Part shown: one piece after another, positions 54,632 through 63,903 of the stretch
How the letters are laid out: each line of letters begins with the position of its first letter
How positions within the stretch are numbered: position 1 is the stretch's first letter
Assembly (NCBI GenBank): GCA_038046245.1
Contig: JBBSWO010000006.1
Coordinates: 5,320-69,319 of the forward strand
Length of the DNA stretch: 64,000 bases
Origin: Nanobdellota archaeon
Lineage (GTDB): Archaea > Nanobdellota > Nanobdellia > Pacearchaeales > GW2011-AR1
Direction of reading: 5' to 3'
The notes under the pieces: model-generated
What the model saw: only the letters and a program-made list of their open reading frames with translations
What the model was told of the DNA's origin: nothing
The model's database searches: none
Position numbers and translations under genes: made by a program

Positions 54632-55033
54632 TCATCTATAAGACTTCTGTCTTTTACTTCTGGCCTTACTGTCTCCAGGTTTATAAGCTTCTTTTCTTCT
54701 TACATCTGCAACAAGCAAACTTCTATCATAATCTATGAATGCCTTTCTTAATTCAGCAGATTTTGAAAATTCCACAAGAGCTCTTGACAATGCAATCTTT
54801 GATGCTTCTATCTGTCCTTTTTCTCCTCCACCCCTTGCGAATATCTCGACGTCAAAGTTTAAATCTCCGACCATGGCCTGGTATATTCTTAATGGCTCTT
54901 CAATTTTAAGTTTGTCAAAAATATGCAAGTTTTTGTAATCTTTTTTATTTATTGTAATTCTTCCAGTACCATCAATCAAAACTGCTCTTGCAACAGCCAT
55001 TTTTCTTTTTCCTGATTTGACTATTTGTTTCAT
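54632..55033 (-). CDS. rps9: 30S ribosomal protein S9 (uS9)
   Basis: GKRKMAVARAVL..., C-terminal KRQKSYR. Confidence 0.92.
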   Translation of the reverse strand: MKQIVKSGKRKMAVARAVLIDGTGRITINKKDYKNLHIFDKLKIEEPLRIYQAMVGDLNFDVEIFARGGGEKGQIEASKIALSRALVEFSKSAELRKAFIDYDRSLLVADVRRKEAYKPGDSKARSKRQKSYR

Positions 55034-55422
55034 TTTGCAATCTCCTTAACTTCTATGAATTTTCTTTTTGTTTCTTCTCCAAGAGATATTTTTTTTGCAC
55101 TTTCAAATTCTTTGGGAATTCCTGAATAACATTTTATTCTTTTGAATGCTTGTCTGCCTCTTCCTAAACTTGCTCTTGGCAGCATTCCTCTTATAGCCCT
55201 TTTTACAATCAGATGTGAAAGTCTTGAATGTTTTGGCCCAGTTTGCCCACTTCCAATTTTCTCTCTTTTCTCTCTCCATCTTTCTTCAATATTTTTTCTG
55301 TTTCCAGTAATTATTACCTGTTCACAATTCAAAACCACAATTTCTTCTCCCTTCAGTGCTTCTTTCGCAACAAATGCTCCAAGCCTTCCAAGAACTGCAT
55401 TTTTTCCGTCGATTATTTTCAT
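55030..55422 (-). CDS. rpl13: 50S ribosomal protein L13 (uL13)
   Basis: IIDGKNAVLGRLGAFVAKEALKGEEIVVLNCEQ. Confidence 0.92.
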   Translation of the reverse strand: MKIIDGKNAVLGRLGAFVAKEALKGEEIVVLNCEQVIITGNRKNIEERWREKREKIGSGQTGPKHSRLSHLIVKRAIRGMLPRASLGRGRQAFKRIKCYSGIPKEFESAKKISLGEETKRKFIEVKEIAK

Positions 55423-55793
55423 TTTAATATTTTTACTCCTTTTGCTTCAGGATTGCTTTTAATTTCCTCTTCAATACTTAAGACTTGACAGCCCGCACTT
55501 AATAACTTTTCTCTGGCTTTTTGCGAGAATGAAAATGCAGCAACTTTTATTTTTTTGTTTATTTCTCCATTAGAAAGAATTTTGCCTGGAACGACTAAAA
55601 CTTCTCCGGCTTTGGCTTCTGATTCTAATTTATCAAGATTTACCTCTATCCTTTGCCTTCTTGGGTAAGATAAAATTGTTGCTATTTCAGCCCACTTTTC
55701 ATTTTTTGCAGTGGTTCTTACAGTTTTTACTAGTATGGAATTTGTCTTTCTTTGCAATTGCTTGTTTATTTTTGTTTTCGATTTCATGTTCAA
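55419..55793 (-). CDS. rpl18e: 50S ribosomal protein L18e
   Basis: size, position between rpoD and L13, VVPGKILSNGEINKKIKVAAFSFS. Confidence 0.85.
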   Translation of the reverse strand: MNMKSKTKINKQLQRKTNSILVKTVRTTAKNEKWAEIATILSYPRRQRIEVNLDKLESEAKAGEVLVVPGKILSNGEINKKIKVAAFSFSQKAREKLLSAGCQVLSIEEEIKSNPEAKGVKILK

Positions 55794-55887
55794 TTTGCTA
55801 ACAGAAGTAAGTTTTGCCTACTATCGCGTTAGCTCGCAGGTTGTAAAAATTGGAGAAGAAATGGGTTTATAAATTATTTGGTTAAGG

Positions 55888-56235
55888 TTATGTAACCTTT
55901 CCTTCTATTGATCTAACATATTTATGAATCATTGTGCTTCCTATATAAGTATTACTCCTGAAATTTCCAGAATCTATCACAACTAATTTTTGTATTCCCG
56001 AGACCAATGTTTTTTGCAATGAAATTCTAGCTAAATAGGTTGGAAATCTGCGGTCTCTAATACATATTTCTCCCTCTCTCACTTCCAAATAGAAATTCTT
56101 ACTTTCTTTAGAAATTTTTTCCATATTGGGTCTCAAGTCCTCAAGGTTAAAGTCCCAATTCTCCTCACTTTTTACAATAAATTCATAATAAGCCCCGTTC
56201 CTCTTTTTCTCAGTAATTCTAAATCTCATCAACAT
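55888..56235 (-). CDS. hypothetical protein inserted in the ribosomal cluster
   Basis: 115-aa ORF, no motif recognised. Confidence 0.35.
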   Translation of the reverse strand: MLMRFRITEKKRNGAYYEFIVKSEENWDFNLEDLRPNMEKISKESKNFYLEVREGEICIRDRRFPTYLARISLQKTLVSGIQKLVVIDSGNFRSNTYIGSTMIHKYVRSIEGKVT

Positions 56236-56274
56236 TTATTTTTTAGTATCTTTATAAGAATTATTGTCATGTAA

Positions 56275-56358
56275 TGCAGGAGAGAGGATTCGAACCTCTG
56301 AAGGCACTAAGCCATAAGATTTTGAGTCTTACGCGTTTGACCACTTCGCTACTCCTGC
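56275..56358 (-). tRNA. tRNA-Leu (anticodon CAA)
   Basis: manual cloverleaf: acceptor GCAGGAG/CUCCUGC, anticodon stem UAAGA/UCUUA with loop CUCAAAA, long variable arm, T-arm AGAGG-UUCGAAU-CCUCU; no encoded CCA. Confidence 0.9.
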
Positions 56359-56405
56359 AAATTTGATATAAAAAACGCGTCTCTTATGTATAAAAACCTT
56401 TAGAA

Positions 56406-57125
56406 TTAAGCTTTTGAAACAGATTTGGATAATTCTTCCACATCATCTCTCAAGACTTCAATGGCCCTCTTAAAAATTTCTTCAGGAGTTATTTGTCCAA
56501 AGCTTTCAATGCTCAAGACAACTTCTCCGCTAGGGGTTATTTTCACATACTCTTTATCTTTTTTGTTTGCCACTTCTGCACAATATTCCACTCTTTCCCA
56601 AACAGATGGGTCATAAACAATTGCTTCACCTTTTTTCGCAACTTGTTCTGGCAATTCATCAAGAAATTCTTTTGGAATATTTTTGTCAATCTTGACGTCC
56701 ATCGCTTCTCTGTAAGTTATAAATCCTGGGGAAAATTTTGCATGTGTGCTTCCTTTACCCATTCTTGCTATTGCAGTTAATTCAATCTCTTGTCCTTTGC
56801 TCAAAGAGGTTATTGGGATTTTATCATAAACAGGCTTTACTTCTCCATGGAATTCTCCGCTATAAACTGCTCCCTCTTTTTTCACGTCAAGCTTAAGACT
56901 GGCTTCTTTTTTTGAGGAAGCTTTTTTTGAATCTAATGGAATAAGCCCGAGTCTGTGGGCTATTGTTTCATCGTACAAAGCAGAATCGTTTTTGTGTATT
57001 TCCACTTCATCAATTGCCAAAATAGGTATCTGATAAACATATCTTCTTATTGCGTTGCTCAGACCCGTGTCTAATTTTGTCTTAAAAATTATCTTGTTTT
57101 CCTTTTTTTCTATTATTTCCATCAT
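56406..57125 (-). CDS. rpoD: DNA-directed RNA polymerase subunit D (Rpo3)
   Basis: LSNAIRRYVYQIPILAIDEVEI..DETIAHRLGLIPL; synteny. Confidence 0.88.
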   Translation of the reverse strand: MMEIIEKKENKIIFKTKLDTGLSNAIRRYVYQIPILAIDEVEIHKNDSALYDETIAHRLGLIPLDSKKASSKKEASLKLDVKKEGAVYSGEFHGEVKPVYDKIPITSLSKGQEIELTAIARMGKGSTHAKFSPGFITYREAMDVKIDKNIPKEFLDELPEQVAKKGEAIVYDPSVWERVEYCAEVANKKDKEYVKITPSGEVVLSIESFGQITPEEIFKRAIEVLRDDVEELSKSVSKA

Positions 57126-57146
57126 AAAAATTGATAAAAGAGCTTT

Positions 57147-57614
57147 TTAAACTCTCCTACCTCTTCTGCCTCCTTTTTTCTTTGGTCCGCCTCTAGGCAT
57201 TCTTGTAGTATCGAGGATGTTCAAAATTTTAAATCCTTCTCTTGAAAGGCTTTTTATTAATGCGTTGGCTCCTGGACCTGGTGCAGGGCTGTTTGTTTTT
57301 GCCCTTATTCTTATGTAAAGGGATTTTATTCCGAGGTCTCTTATATTTTCAGAAACTCTTTTTGCAATAAACATAGCTATTGTGGGGTTAGCCTTTAATC
57401 TGTCGTGTTTCGTTATCATTCCACCAGTGACTTTTGTTATGGTTTTTCCAGACATATCAGTTACATGAACGATTGTGTTGTTGAAAGAAGTGTAAATATT
57501 CACAACACCTTCTATCTCCTGGCTTTTCTTTTTCGCTTTTTCCTTGTCTATGTTTTTTGCTTCAGCATCAAGTTCGGTTTCTTCCTGTTTTATCTCTACA
57601 GCTTCTTGTTCCAT
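57147..57614 (-). CDS. rps11: 30S ribosomal protein S11 (uS11)
   Basis: VNIYTSFNNTIVHVTD, C-terminal basic tail. Confidence 0.92.
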   Translation of the reverse strand: MEQEAVEIKQEETELDAEAKNIDKEKAKKKSQEIEGVVNIYTSFNNTIVHVTDMSGKTITKVTGGMITKHDRLKANPTIAMFIAKRVSENIRDLGIKSLYIRIRAKTNSPAPGPGANALIKSLSREGFKILNILDTTRMPRGGPKKKGGRRGRRV

Positions 57615-58099
57615 TATTCTCCCACCTCAGTTTTTTCTGCTACTTTAATTTTATTACTTTTTCTTACGGCTATTTTGTTTTCAAGATCTACTGGAATAAT
57701 ATATGATGGGCTGTCAACTACCCTTCCATCGACTAATATTTTTCTATGAGTTATTAACTGCCTTGCAGATTTCATCGTTGGTGCAATTTTCTTTTTGGCC
57801 ACGATTGTTTGAAGTCTTTTGTTTAGATAATCTTTTTTGTCCAAAGAAAGTGCCTCACCTATTGAGCTTACCTTGAACCCTAGCTTTTGAAGTTTTTCGA
57901 ACAATACTTTCTGGTCTTCGGAAGATGACTTGATAAGTTTCTTGGCTTTCTCTCTTATATCTTTCACTCTTGCCTCGGCCTTCCATATCTCAGTCTTATT
58001 TTTTAATCCAAATTCTTCTTTTATTTTTCCTTCTTCTTCAATCCTTACTTTATCGAATGGTCTTTTTGGCCTTGAATATGTTTTGTGTTTCCTTTTCAT
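57614..58099 (-). CDS. rps4: 30S ribosomal protein S4 (uS4)
   Basis: KTYSRPKRPFDKVRIEEE..FGLKNKTEIW, S4 RNA-binding domain. Confidence 0.92.
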   Translation of the reverse strand: MKRKHKTYSRPKRPFDKVRIEEEGKIKEEFGLKNKTEIWKAEARVKDIREKAKKLIKSSSEDQKVLFEKLQKLGFKVSSIGEALSLDKKDYLNKRLQTIVAKKKIAPTMKSARQLITHRKILVDGRVVDSPSYIIPVDLENKIAVRKSNKIKVAEKTEVGE

Positions 58100-58148
58100 T
58101 TGAATAGTCTCCTGTTATTTTGAATGAATGAAAATATTTGATTTGTTT

Positions 58149-58631
58149 TCATATTTTCTTTCCTTCAGGTTTATTTTTCTTTTTAATTCCAGAACCTTTC
58201 TTCCTGTTTGATCTGAAGTGACCTTTGGTTCTTTGTCCTCTTACTGGAAGTTTGCTTGTATGTCTTGCTCCCTTGTAGCTTTTGATCTGTTTAAGTCTCT
58301 TAATATCAAAGTCTCTTCTTAGTTCGAAATCACTTCCGACAAGATGTTTATTCTCTCCAGTTTCAAAATCTTTTTGTCTATTGAACATTTGTTTCGGCAA
58401 ATCTGGGTTTTTTACAAATTCAGAAATCTTTTTTATCTCTTCATCACTCAAAGATCCAACCTTCCTGTTTTTTTCAATCCCTAATTTTTTGCAAATAGCA
58501 TTGGACAGGCTCCACGATATTCCCTTTATTTTTGTCAATCCAACATACATCTTCATCTTTCCTTCTATGTCTTTTGACAGAAGTCTCACTACTCTTCCTT
58601 CATCTCTCGGGGTGTTTATTTTTGCTTCCAT
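58149..58631 (-). CDS. rps13: 30S ribosomal protein S13 (uS13)
   Basis: GLTKIKGISWSLSNAICKKLGI, basic tail. Confidence 0.92.
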   Translation of the reverse strand: MEAKINTPRDEGRVVRLLSKDIEGKMKMYVGLTKIKGISWSLSNAICKKLGIEKNRKVGSLSDEEIKKISEFVKNPDLPKQMFNRQKDFETGENKHLVGSDFELRRDFDIKRLKQIKSYKGARHTSKLPVRGQRTKGHFRSNRKKGSGIKKKNKPEGKKI

Positions 58632-58632
58632 C

Positions 58633-59166
58633 TTATATTACAAATAAATTATATCTTTCGGGTGTTGTCAGCTCTTTAAAAATCCTTTTCTCTATAGCTT
58701 TTTTAGGGTCAGGGAGATTTGGTATTCTTTTCTTTAAATCTTCGAATGACTCGAAAGGTTTTTCTTCCCGTTGTTTTATTATTTCTTGCATGTGTTTTTT
58801 TCCTAATCCAGGGATTAGTTCAATCTGGTGAATCCTTTTATTTATTGCCTCTGCCTTATTGAAAAAGTCAACATATTCTTTTTCTTTCGTCGCCACAACT
58901 TTGTCTATGAACTCTTGAAGTTGCGCTTTTGCGGCCTCAGTAAGCTTTTCGCGATCCAATCTACCAAAAATATAATAAATCTTTGGTCTTTTCCCTTCAC
59001 CGATATAGACTTCTTCCCCAATTTCCAGAGAAATCCCTCTTCTAGGCACTAACTCTAAAAGAGTCAAGTGATTTTTTCCTATAGCCTGTGCTATCGGCAT
59101 CATTTTTCTCTCTAATGGATAACCATTCGGTAAAAATTCCAGTATTATTGCATATTCTTCTTTCAT
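58633..59166 (-). CDS. DUF655-family protein (OB + HhH)
   Basis: EEYAIILEFLPNGYP start, HhH-like LIPGLGKKHMQEII; usual neighbour of rpoF. Confidence 0.7.
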   Translation of the reverse strand: MKEEYAIILEFLPNGYPLERKMMPIAQAIGKNHLTLLELVPRRGISLEIGEEVYIGEGKRPKIYYIFGRLDREKLTEAAKAQLQEFIDKVVATKEKEYVDFFNKAEAINKRIHQIELIPGLGKKHMQEIIKQREEKPFESFEDLKKRIPNLPDPKKAIEKRIFKELTTPERYNLFVI

Positions 59167-59229
59167 TTAAATTAATCCTTTCGCTTTTATTTTGGTGATT
59201 GAAAATCTTTGATGTTGTTCCATTTGCTG

Positions 59230-59535
59230 TCATTTAATCTCCTTTACAATTTCTAATATTTTTTTGCTTTCTTCTTCATCCAAGCTTACTCCAACAAAAA
59301 TTTTGTTAACCTCTTCAGCATTCTCTGGCAAAACATCGATTATTTTGCTTATACTTTTTTCATCAAGCTTTATTATATCTGCTTTTTTTAGTTTCTCCCT
59401 CATTTCTTTTCCATCTTTTGGTAAAAGCTTATTGAACTTTCTTATGAATGCTACCGTTTCCTTTCCTTCATCTTTCGCTTCTTTTAAGTATTCTATTGCC
59501 TCTACCATACTTACTGCTTCAGTATTTTTTATCAT
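59230..59535 (-). CDS. rpoF: DNA-directed RNA polymerase subunit F (Rpo4)
   Basis: 101 aa helical protein in the conserved L21e-RpoF-DUF655 position. Confidence 0.65.
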   Translation of the reverse strand: MIKNTEAVSMVEAIEYLKEAKDEGKETVAFIRKFNKLLPKDGKEMREKLKKADIIKLDEKSISKIIDVLPENAEEVNKIFVGVSLDEEESKKILEIVKEIK

Positions 59536-59798
59536 GCTTTCTCCTTAGCTTTTATTTTTTTTAAATGTATGGCTTCTATCAAAAATTTCTTTTCCTTTGC
59601 CTGGTCATTTATGCTAATCATGTATGTTCTTCCCCTTCTTCCTTCAACGACTCCTGTCCTGCCCTGAAGTCTTTTTGGGAAGTTTGATGGAACTGACATT
59701 TCCTTTATGACTGAGACAAAATCTCCAGGATTTAGCTCCTGAAAGTACCTACTAAAGCTTAGTTTTCCTTTTTGTGAAACAGGTTTTTTTCTCATCAA
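59532..59798 (-). CDS. rpl21e: 50S ribosomal protein L21e
   Basis: FQELNPGDFVSV..RLQGRTGVVEGRRGRTY. Confidence 0.88.
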   Translation of the reverse strand: MMRKKPVSQKGKLSFSRYFQELNPGDFVSVIKEMSVPSNFPKRLQGRTGVVEGRRGRTYMISINDQAKEKKFLIEAIHLKKIKAKEKA

Positions 59799-59853
59799 TT
59801 AGTCAGAAAAAGTTCCTTTAAAAAACTATTGATTTACTCTCTCCAGAACTCTT

Positions 59854-60036
59854 CTATCTTGTATTACTGGGGTCACAAAGATCGCCTTTGTCTCTCGCGT
59901 CTTCCATGTTTTGGAGTATTGCCTTAAACATTTTTTCACCCCAAACGCCAACACCGCATCTGTGACAGAAATCAATCACACTCTCAGATGAAATTTCAGC
60001 ACCACAATAGATACACTTTTTCATTTTGTTTTCCAA
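59854..60036 (-). CDS. small zinc-ribbon protein
   Basis: CIYCG...CHRCG, 60 aa. Confidence 0.5.
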   Translation of the reverse strand: MENKMKKCIYCGAEISSESVIDFCHRCGVGVWGEKMFKAILQNMEDARDKGDLCDPSNTR

Positions 60037-60113
60037 CTTCTTTTTATTAGTCTTTCAAAGTAAAATCCTGTTTATAAAGATTTGTGTTCACTGGCTGCCG
60101 ATATTTTTATTTA

Positions 60114-61322
60114 TTATTCGTAACGTAAAGCATCAACAACATTGACTTTTGATGCCCTTATCGCCGGAAAAGTCCCGGAAACAGCACCAATCAAAAAACC
60201 AAAAGTCAAGCATCCAAATATGAGATAAAATGGTGTGGCAACTTGCAGCAAATTTGTGTTTAACACATTAATTGCAATATACTCTATTCCTTTGCTGACA
60301 ATAAATCCTAGAGAAATTCCCATGGCCGCTCCAGCTAATCCAAGCAACCCAGATTCAATCAAGAAAATATAAAATATATCTTTATTTCTTGCCCCAATGG
60401 ATTTCATAACTCCAATTTCTCTAGTTCTTTCAAGAACAGAGGTATACATTGTATTTGCGATTCCAACTGCACCAACAAGTAAAGATATTGCAGCAACTCC
60501 AGCCAAGAAAGCAGTTATTATTCCCAGTATGCTTTGAAAACTTGACAATAATTCTTCTGGCGTCAAGACTTGGAAGTCTTGTGTTTTTTCGGTTACATCT
60601 CTTGTCTGTCTAAGCCTTTTTTCTACTCTCGAGGCAACATCCGTCACATTTTCCCCAGTGTTGACCTGCACAACAATCCAATCAACTCTTTCTGTGATGT
60701 TAAAAAATCCCCTGAATGTGTTTATGTCCATTAAAACCATTGAGTCGTCGTCTGGATTCCCAATCTTTTCCAAAATTCCTTTGACTCTGAAACTTTGGCC
60801 GTTTATAGTCATCCTATCTCCAGTTACAACTTCTCTGCCCCATAAATTGCCCGTCTTATGTAAATTTCCCAGTAGCACACTTTTTTCATCGCCTCTTATA
60901 AAATTTCCTTCATTCAGCTTGTAAGTCCCTGTTTCAATAAAAAGATCATTTTTGGTGTACATTCCTATAACGCTTTGGTATCTTATCGTCGTCCCGACTT
61001 CAATCTTCGCGTTTCCAAAAATCGATTCGGAAACATCTTTTACTCCGCTGACCTTTTTTATATTATCCGCATCTTTCTCAGTGAGTATTGTTCCTCCGAC
61101 GCTGCCAGGCGGACCTAAAAAACCAGTTCCTGGTTGGACAAAAAACTTATCTGCCCCCAAACTTTTAAACTGCTCTTCTACTGCATTCTGCAATCCCAAT
61201 GATAAACTTACAAGCATAAAAATTGTTGCAACAGAAATAAAAATTCCGGTGAGGGTCAGCCAGGTTCTAAGTTTTCTCTTCCTCAAGTTCCTCAATGCCA
61301 GAATAAAAAAATCTTTTATCAT
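60114..61322 (-). CDS. ABC transporter permease, MacB/FtsX type
   Basis: N-terminal TM, large periplasmic-type domain, C-terminal FtsX 3-TM bundle ending VVDALR. Confidence 0.85.
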   Translation of the reverse strand: MIKDFFILALRNLRKRKLRTWLTLTGIFISVATIFMLVSLSLGLQNAVEEQFKSLGADKFFVQPGTGFLGPPGSVGGTILTEKDADNIKKVSGVKDVSESIFGNAKIEVGTTIRYQSVIGMYTKNDLFIETGTYKLNEGNFIRGDEKSVLLGNLHKTGNLWGREVVTGDRMTINGQSFRVKGILEKIGNPDDDSMVLMDINTFRGFFNITERVDWIVVQVNTGENVTDVASRVEKRLRQTRDVTEKTQDFQVLTPEELLSSFQSILGIITAFLAGVAAISLLVGAVGIANTMYTSVLERTREIGVMKSIGARNKDIFYIFLIESGLLGLAGAAMGISLGFIVSKGIEYIAINVLNTNLLQVATPFYLIFGCLTFGFLIGAVSGTFPAIRASKVNVVDALRYE

Positions 61323-61323
61323 T

Positions 61324-62541
61324 TTAATTCCTTAGAGCGTCAACGACATTTAACTTTGAAGCTTGAACTGCAGGTAAGAGCCCAGATAATACTCCAACCA
61401 AAAACGAGAAAGATATAGCCCCCATTAGCAAAGGAATTGATACACTCACTTTTAGTAATGTTGTTCCTAAAGCTTGATTTGCAATCAAGGAAATTCCCAA
61501 AGCTCCCCCTAGCCCAATAAGTGCCCCGATAATTCCTCCCACTAATCCAAGCAAACCCGCTTCTATAACGAAAACCATCAAGACATCTTTATTCCTTGCA
61601 CCGACGGCCTTCATCACCCCAATCTGTTTCCTTCTTTCAATTACGCTAGTGTACATTGTGTTTGCGATTCCAATTCCTCCAACAAGCAAAGAGATCATTG
61701 CAATACCAACGACGACTACATTCACAATATTCAATATTGTGGTGACAGAGCTCAGTGATTCAATAGGCGTTTGTACGCTAAAACTTTCTTCACCAATTTT
61801 CTCATTTCTATCTTTTCTTAGCCTGTTTTCAATATCTGCAGCAACACTTTCTATCTCTTCTTGGTCTGTTACTTCTGCAATGATAATATCATATTCGTTC
61901 TTTATGTTAAGCAAGTCCTCTAAGTCTTTAGTGGTTGTTAGAGCCACTCCATTAAGCTGTAGACTGCTGCTTTTCTCAAGAATTCCGACAATCTCAAAGT
62001 CTTTTCCGTTCAATTGTATTGTCTTTCCAACCTGAATCTTTCTGCCAAATTTCTCGCCGCTTTCAAAATTATTTCCCAAAACAACTTTTCCATTATCATC
62101 TGGCCTTAAAAGTCTACCCTCCTTTGCTTTGACATTAATGCTGTCATAAACCATTTTTGATCCTTCTTGGGTGTTTGGGATGTCTGATATGTAAGTAAAT
62201 TCAGAAACTTTGTTGTACTCCAGATTTATGACCCGTATGAGTCTTGTAACTGCTTTATCAACGCCCCTTGTTTCTTTTATAATTCTTAAATCTCTATCGT
62301 TTAATTTTTCAACAACTGTACTACCTGGAGGTCCGAATGATGTTCCCTTGTTTTGTATTGTCAACTTGTCTACAGACAAAGCTCCAAATTGTCCCGTCAC
62401 CGCAGTCTTTAATCCTTGGCCCATAGTAATCAGAGAAACAACAGCCGCTATTCCTATAAAAACGCCGAGCATAGTGAGCCAGCTTCTTAATCCTCTATGC
62501 CTTACACTTCCCAGGGCAAGAGTAAAATAATCCTTTATCAT
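61324..62541 (-). CDS. ABC transporter permease, MacB/FtsX type (paralogue)
   Basis: same architecture, IANTMYTSV..R..EIGVMK block shared with neighbour. Confidence 0.85.
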   Translation of the reverse strand: MIKDYFTLALGSVRHRGLRSWLTMLGVFIGIAAVVSLITMGQGLKTAVTGQFGALSVDKLTIQNKGTSFGPPGSTVVEKLNDRDLRIIKETRGVDKAVTRLIRVINLEYNKVSEFTYISDIPNTQEGSKMVYDSINVKAKEGRLLRPDDNGKVVLGNNFESGEKFGRKIQVGKTIQLNGKDFEIVGILEKSSSLQLNGVALTTTKDLEDLLNIKNEYDIIIAEVTDQEEIESVAADIENRLRKDRNEKIGEESFSVQTPIESLSSVTTILNIVNVVVVGIAMISLLVGGIGIANTMYTSVIERRKQIGVMKAVGARNKDVLMVFVIEAGLLGLVGGIIGALIGLGGALGISLIANQALGTTLLKVSVSIPLLMGAISFSFLVGVLSGLLPAVQASKLNVVDALRN

Positions 62542-62572
62542 CTGAAGTTAATGCCAGAATAATTTCGGCAGT

Positions 62573-63331
62573 TCATCCTCCTTTTTTCTTTTTTTCTTCA
62601 CTTACTTTTTTCCAAGAATTCTTTACCTTTCTTTCGACAGATTCTATGACTCCGTCCCTTAAAGAATAAATTGTTTTTGCATACTCTCTTGCTAAGTTTG
62701 GATCATGCGTTACAATTATTATTGTTCGGTTTTTTTCATTAAGTTTTTTAAGAAATTCCATAACTTTTTTACCCGTCTTACTATCCAGATTTCCCGTTGG
62801 TTCGTCCGCCAAAATTATTTCTGGATCATTGGCCATTGAACGGGCAATTGCAACTCTTTGCTGTTGCCCTCCTGAAAGTTGATTCGGATAATGCCCTTCC
62901 CTGTCCGTCAACTCTACGAGTTTCAAAAGTTCTTCAGCTTTTCTTTCTCTTTCATTTTTGCTTATTCCCTGGAAGAGCATTGGCAGCATTATATTCTCTT
63001 TTGCCGTCAAATTAGGGATAAGGTTAAACTGCTGAAAAATAAATCCTATTTTTTTTCCACGGAGCTGGGCAAGTTCTGATTCTGTCATCTCTTCAATATT
63101 CTCGTTAGAAAGAAAAATATCCCCTTTAGTCGCTCGGTCAAGACTTCCAGTAAGATTCATCGCTGTGCTTTTTCCAGATCCGCTTGGACCCATAATCGCG
63201 ACAAAATCTCCCTTCTCAATGACTAAATTAACAGAATCCAAGGCTTTGACTATCGCCTCCCCCATTTCGTAATATTTTGCAACATTTTTCAGTTCTATCA
63301 ATTTGTCCGGCGTCATAATAATATTTTCCAC
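62573..63331 (-). CDS. ABC transporter ATP-binding protein (MacB/LolD type)
   Basis: Walker [10 protein letters not shown], signature [13 protein letters not shown], Walker B ILADEPT. Confidence 0.92.
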   Translation of the reverse strand: MENIIMTPDKLIELKNVAKYYEMGEAIVKALDSVNLVIEKGDFVAIMGPSGSGKSTAMNLTGSLDRATKGDIFLSNENIEEMTESELAQLRGKKIGFIFQQFNLIPNLTAKENIMLPMLFQGISKNERERKAEELLKLVELTDREGHYPNQLSGGQQQRVAIARSMANDPEIILADEPTGNLDSKTGKKVMEFLKKLNEKNRTIIIVTHDPNLAREYAKTIYSLRDGVIESVERKVKNSWKKVSEEKKKKGG

Positions 63332-63390
63332 CCATTTTATTTAAAGTTATCTATAGTAAACTTTAAAAACCAACATCCAGGTTTATTATT

Positions 63391-63591
63391 ATGATAGTTC
63401 CAGTCAGATGCTTTTCATGCGGTAAACCCATAGGACATTTATGGGAAGAATTCAAGAAAAGAGTTAGCGAAAACAGCGAGTCTGCCCAAAAAGTTTTCGA
63501 AGAACTCGGAATTGAAAGATACTGCTGCAGGTCAATGTTTCTAGGACAAGCAGATTATATTGAGTTGATCGGTAAATTCAAGAAAAGTTAA
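63391..63591 (+). CDS. rpoN: DNA-directed RNA polymerase subunit N (Rpo10)
   Basis: MIVPVRCFSCGKPIG...YCCRSM, 66 aa. Confidence 0.92.
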   Translation: MIVPVRCFSCGKPIGHLWEEFKKRVSENSESAQKVFEELGIERYCCRSMFLGQADYIELIGKFKKS

Positions 63592-63903
63592 TTAACATTC
63601 GCATTCATCTTCTTCATGAGTCATTGAACTAAGGTCTAATTCTCCCTCAAATTTCCATCTGTTTTTGTGTCCGCATTTATCACAAGTTATTGTTATGAAA
63701 TCATTTTTTATTCTCATACTAGGTTCTTTGTAAGGAGTTAAACATTCTTTGCAGAACAACTTTCTTTTTTCTCCAAGCTTAATGTTATAAGACATTGCTA
63801 ATCTTTTTATTTTCTTGACCTCTTTGGATTTCTTTTCATGAATGTGGTGAAAGAATTCTTCTATCTCTTTTTCAGCTTCTTTTTTTGTTATTTTCTTCTT
63901 CAT
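63592..63903 (-). CDS. rnp4: RNase P protein component 4 (Rpp21/Rpr2)
   Basis: basic helical N-half, zinc ribbon CKEC...CDKCGH. Confidence 0.7.
   Translation of the reverse strand: MKKKITKKEAEKEIEEFFHHIHEKKSKEVKKIKRLAMSYNIKLGEKRKLFCKECLTPYKEPSMRIKNDFITITCDKCGHKNRWKFEGELDLSSMTHEEDECEC

Noticed and set aside
54600-54660. Inverted repeats marking the proposed inversion junctions (compared with 63330-63395)
   Set aside because: Only short AT-rich words (for example AAATAAAAT) are shared, which is not distinguishable from chance by eye. The inversion therefore rests on synteny alone.
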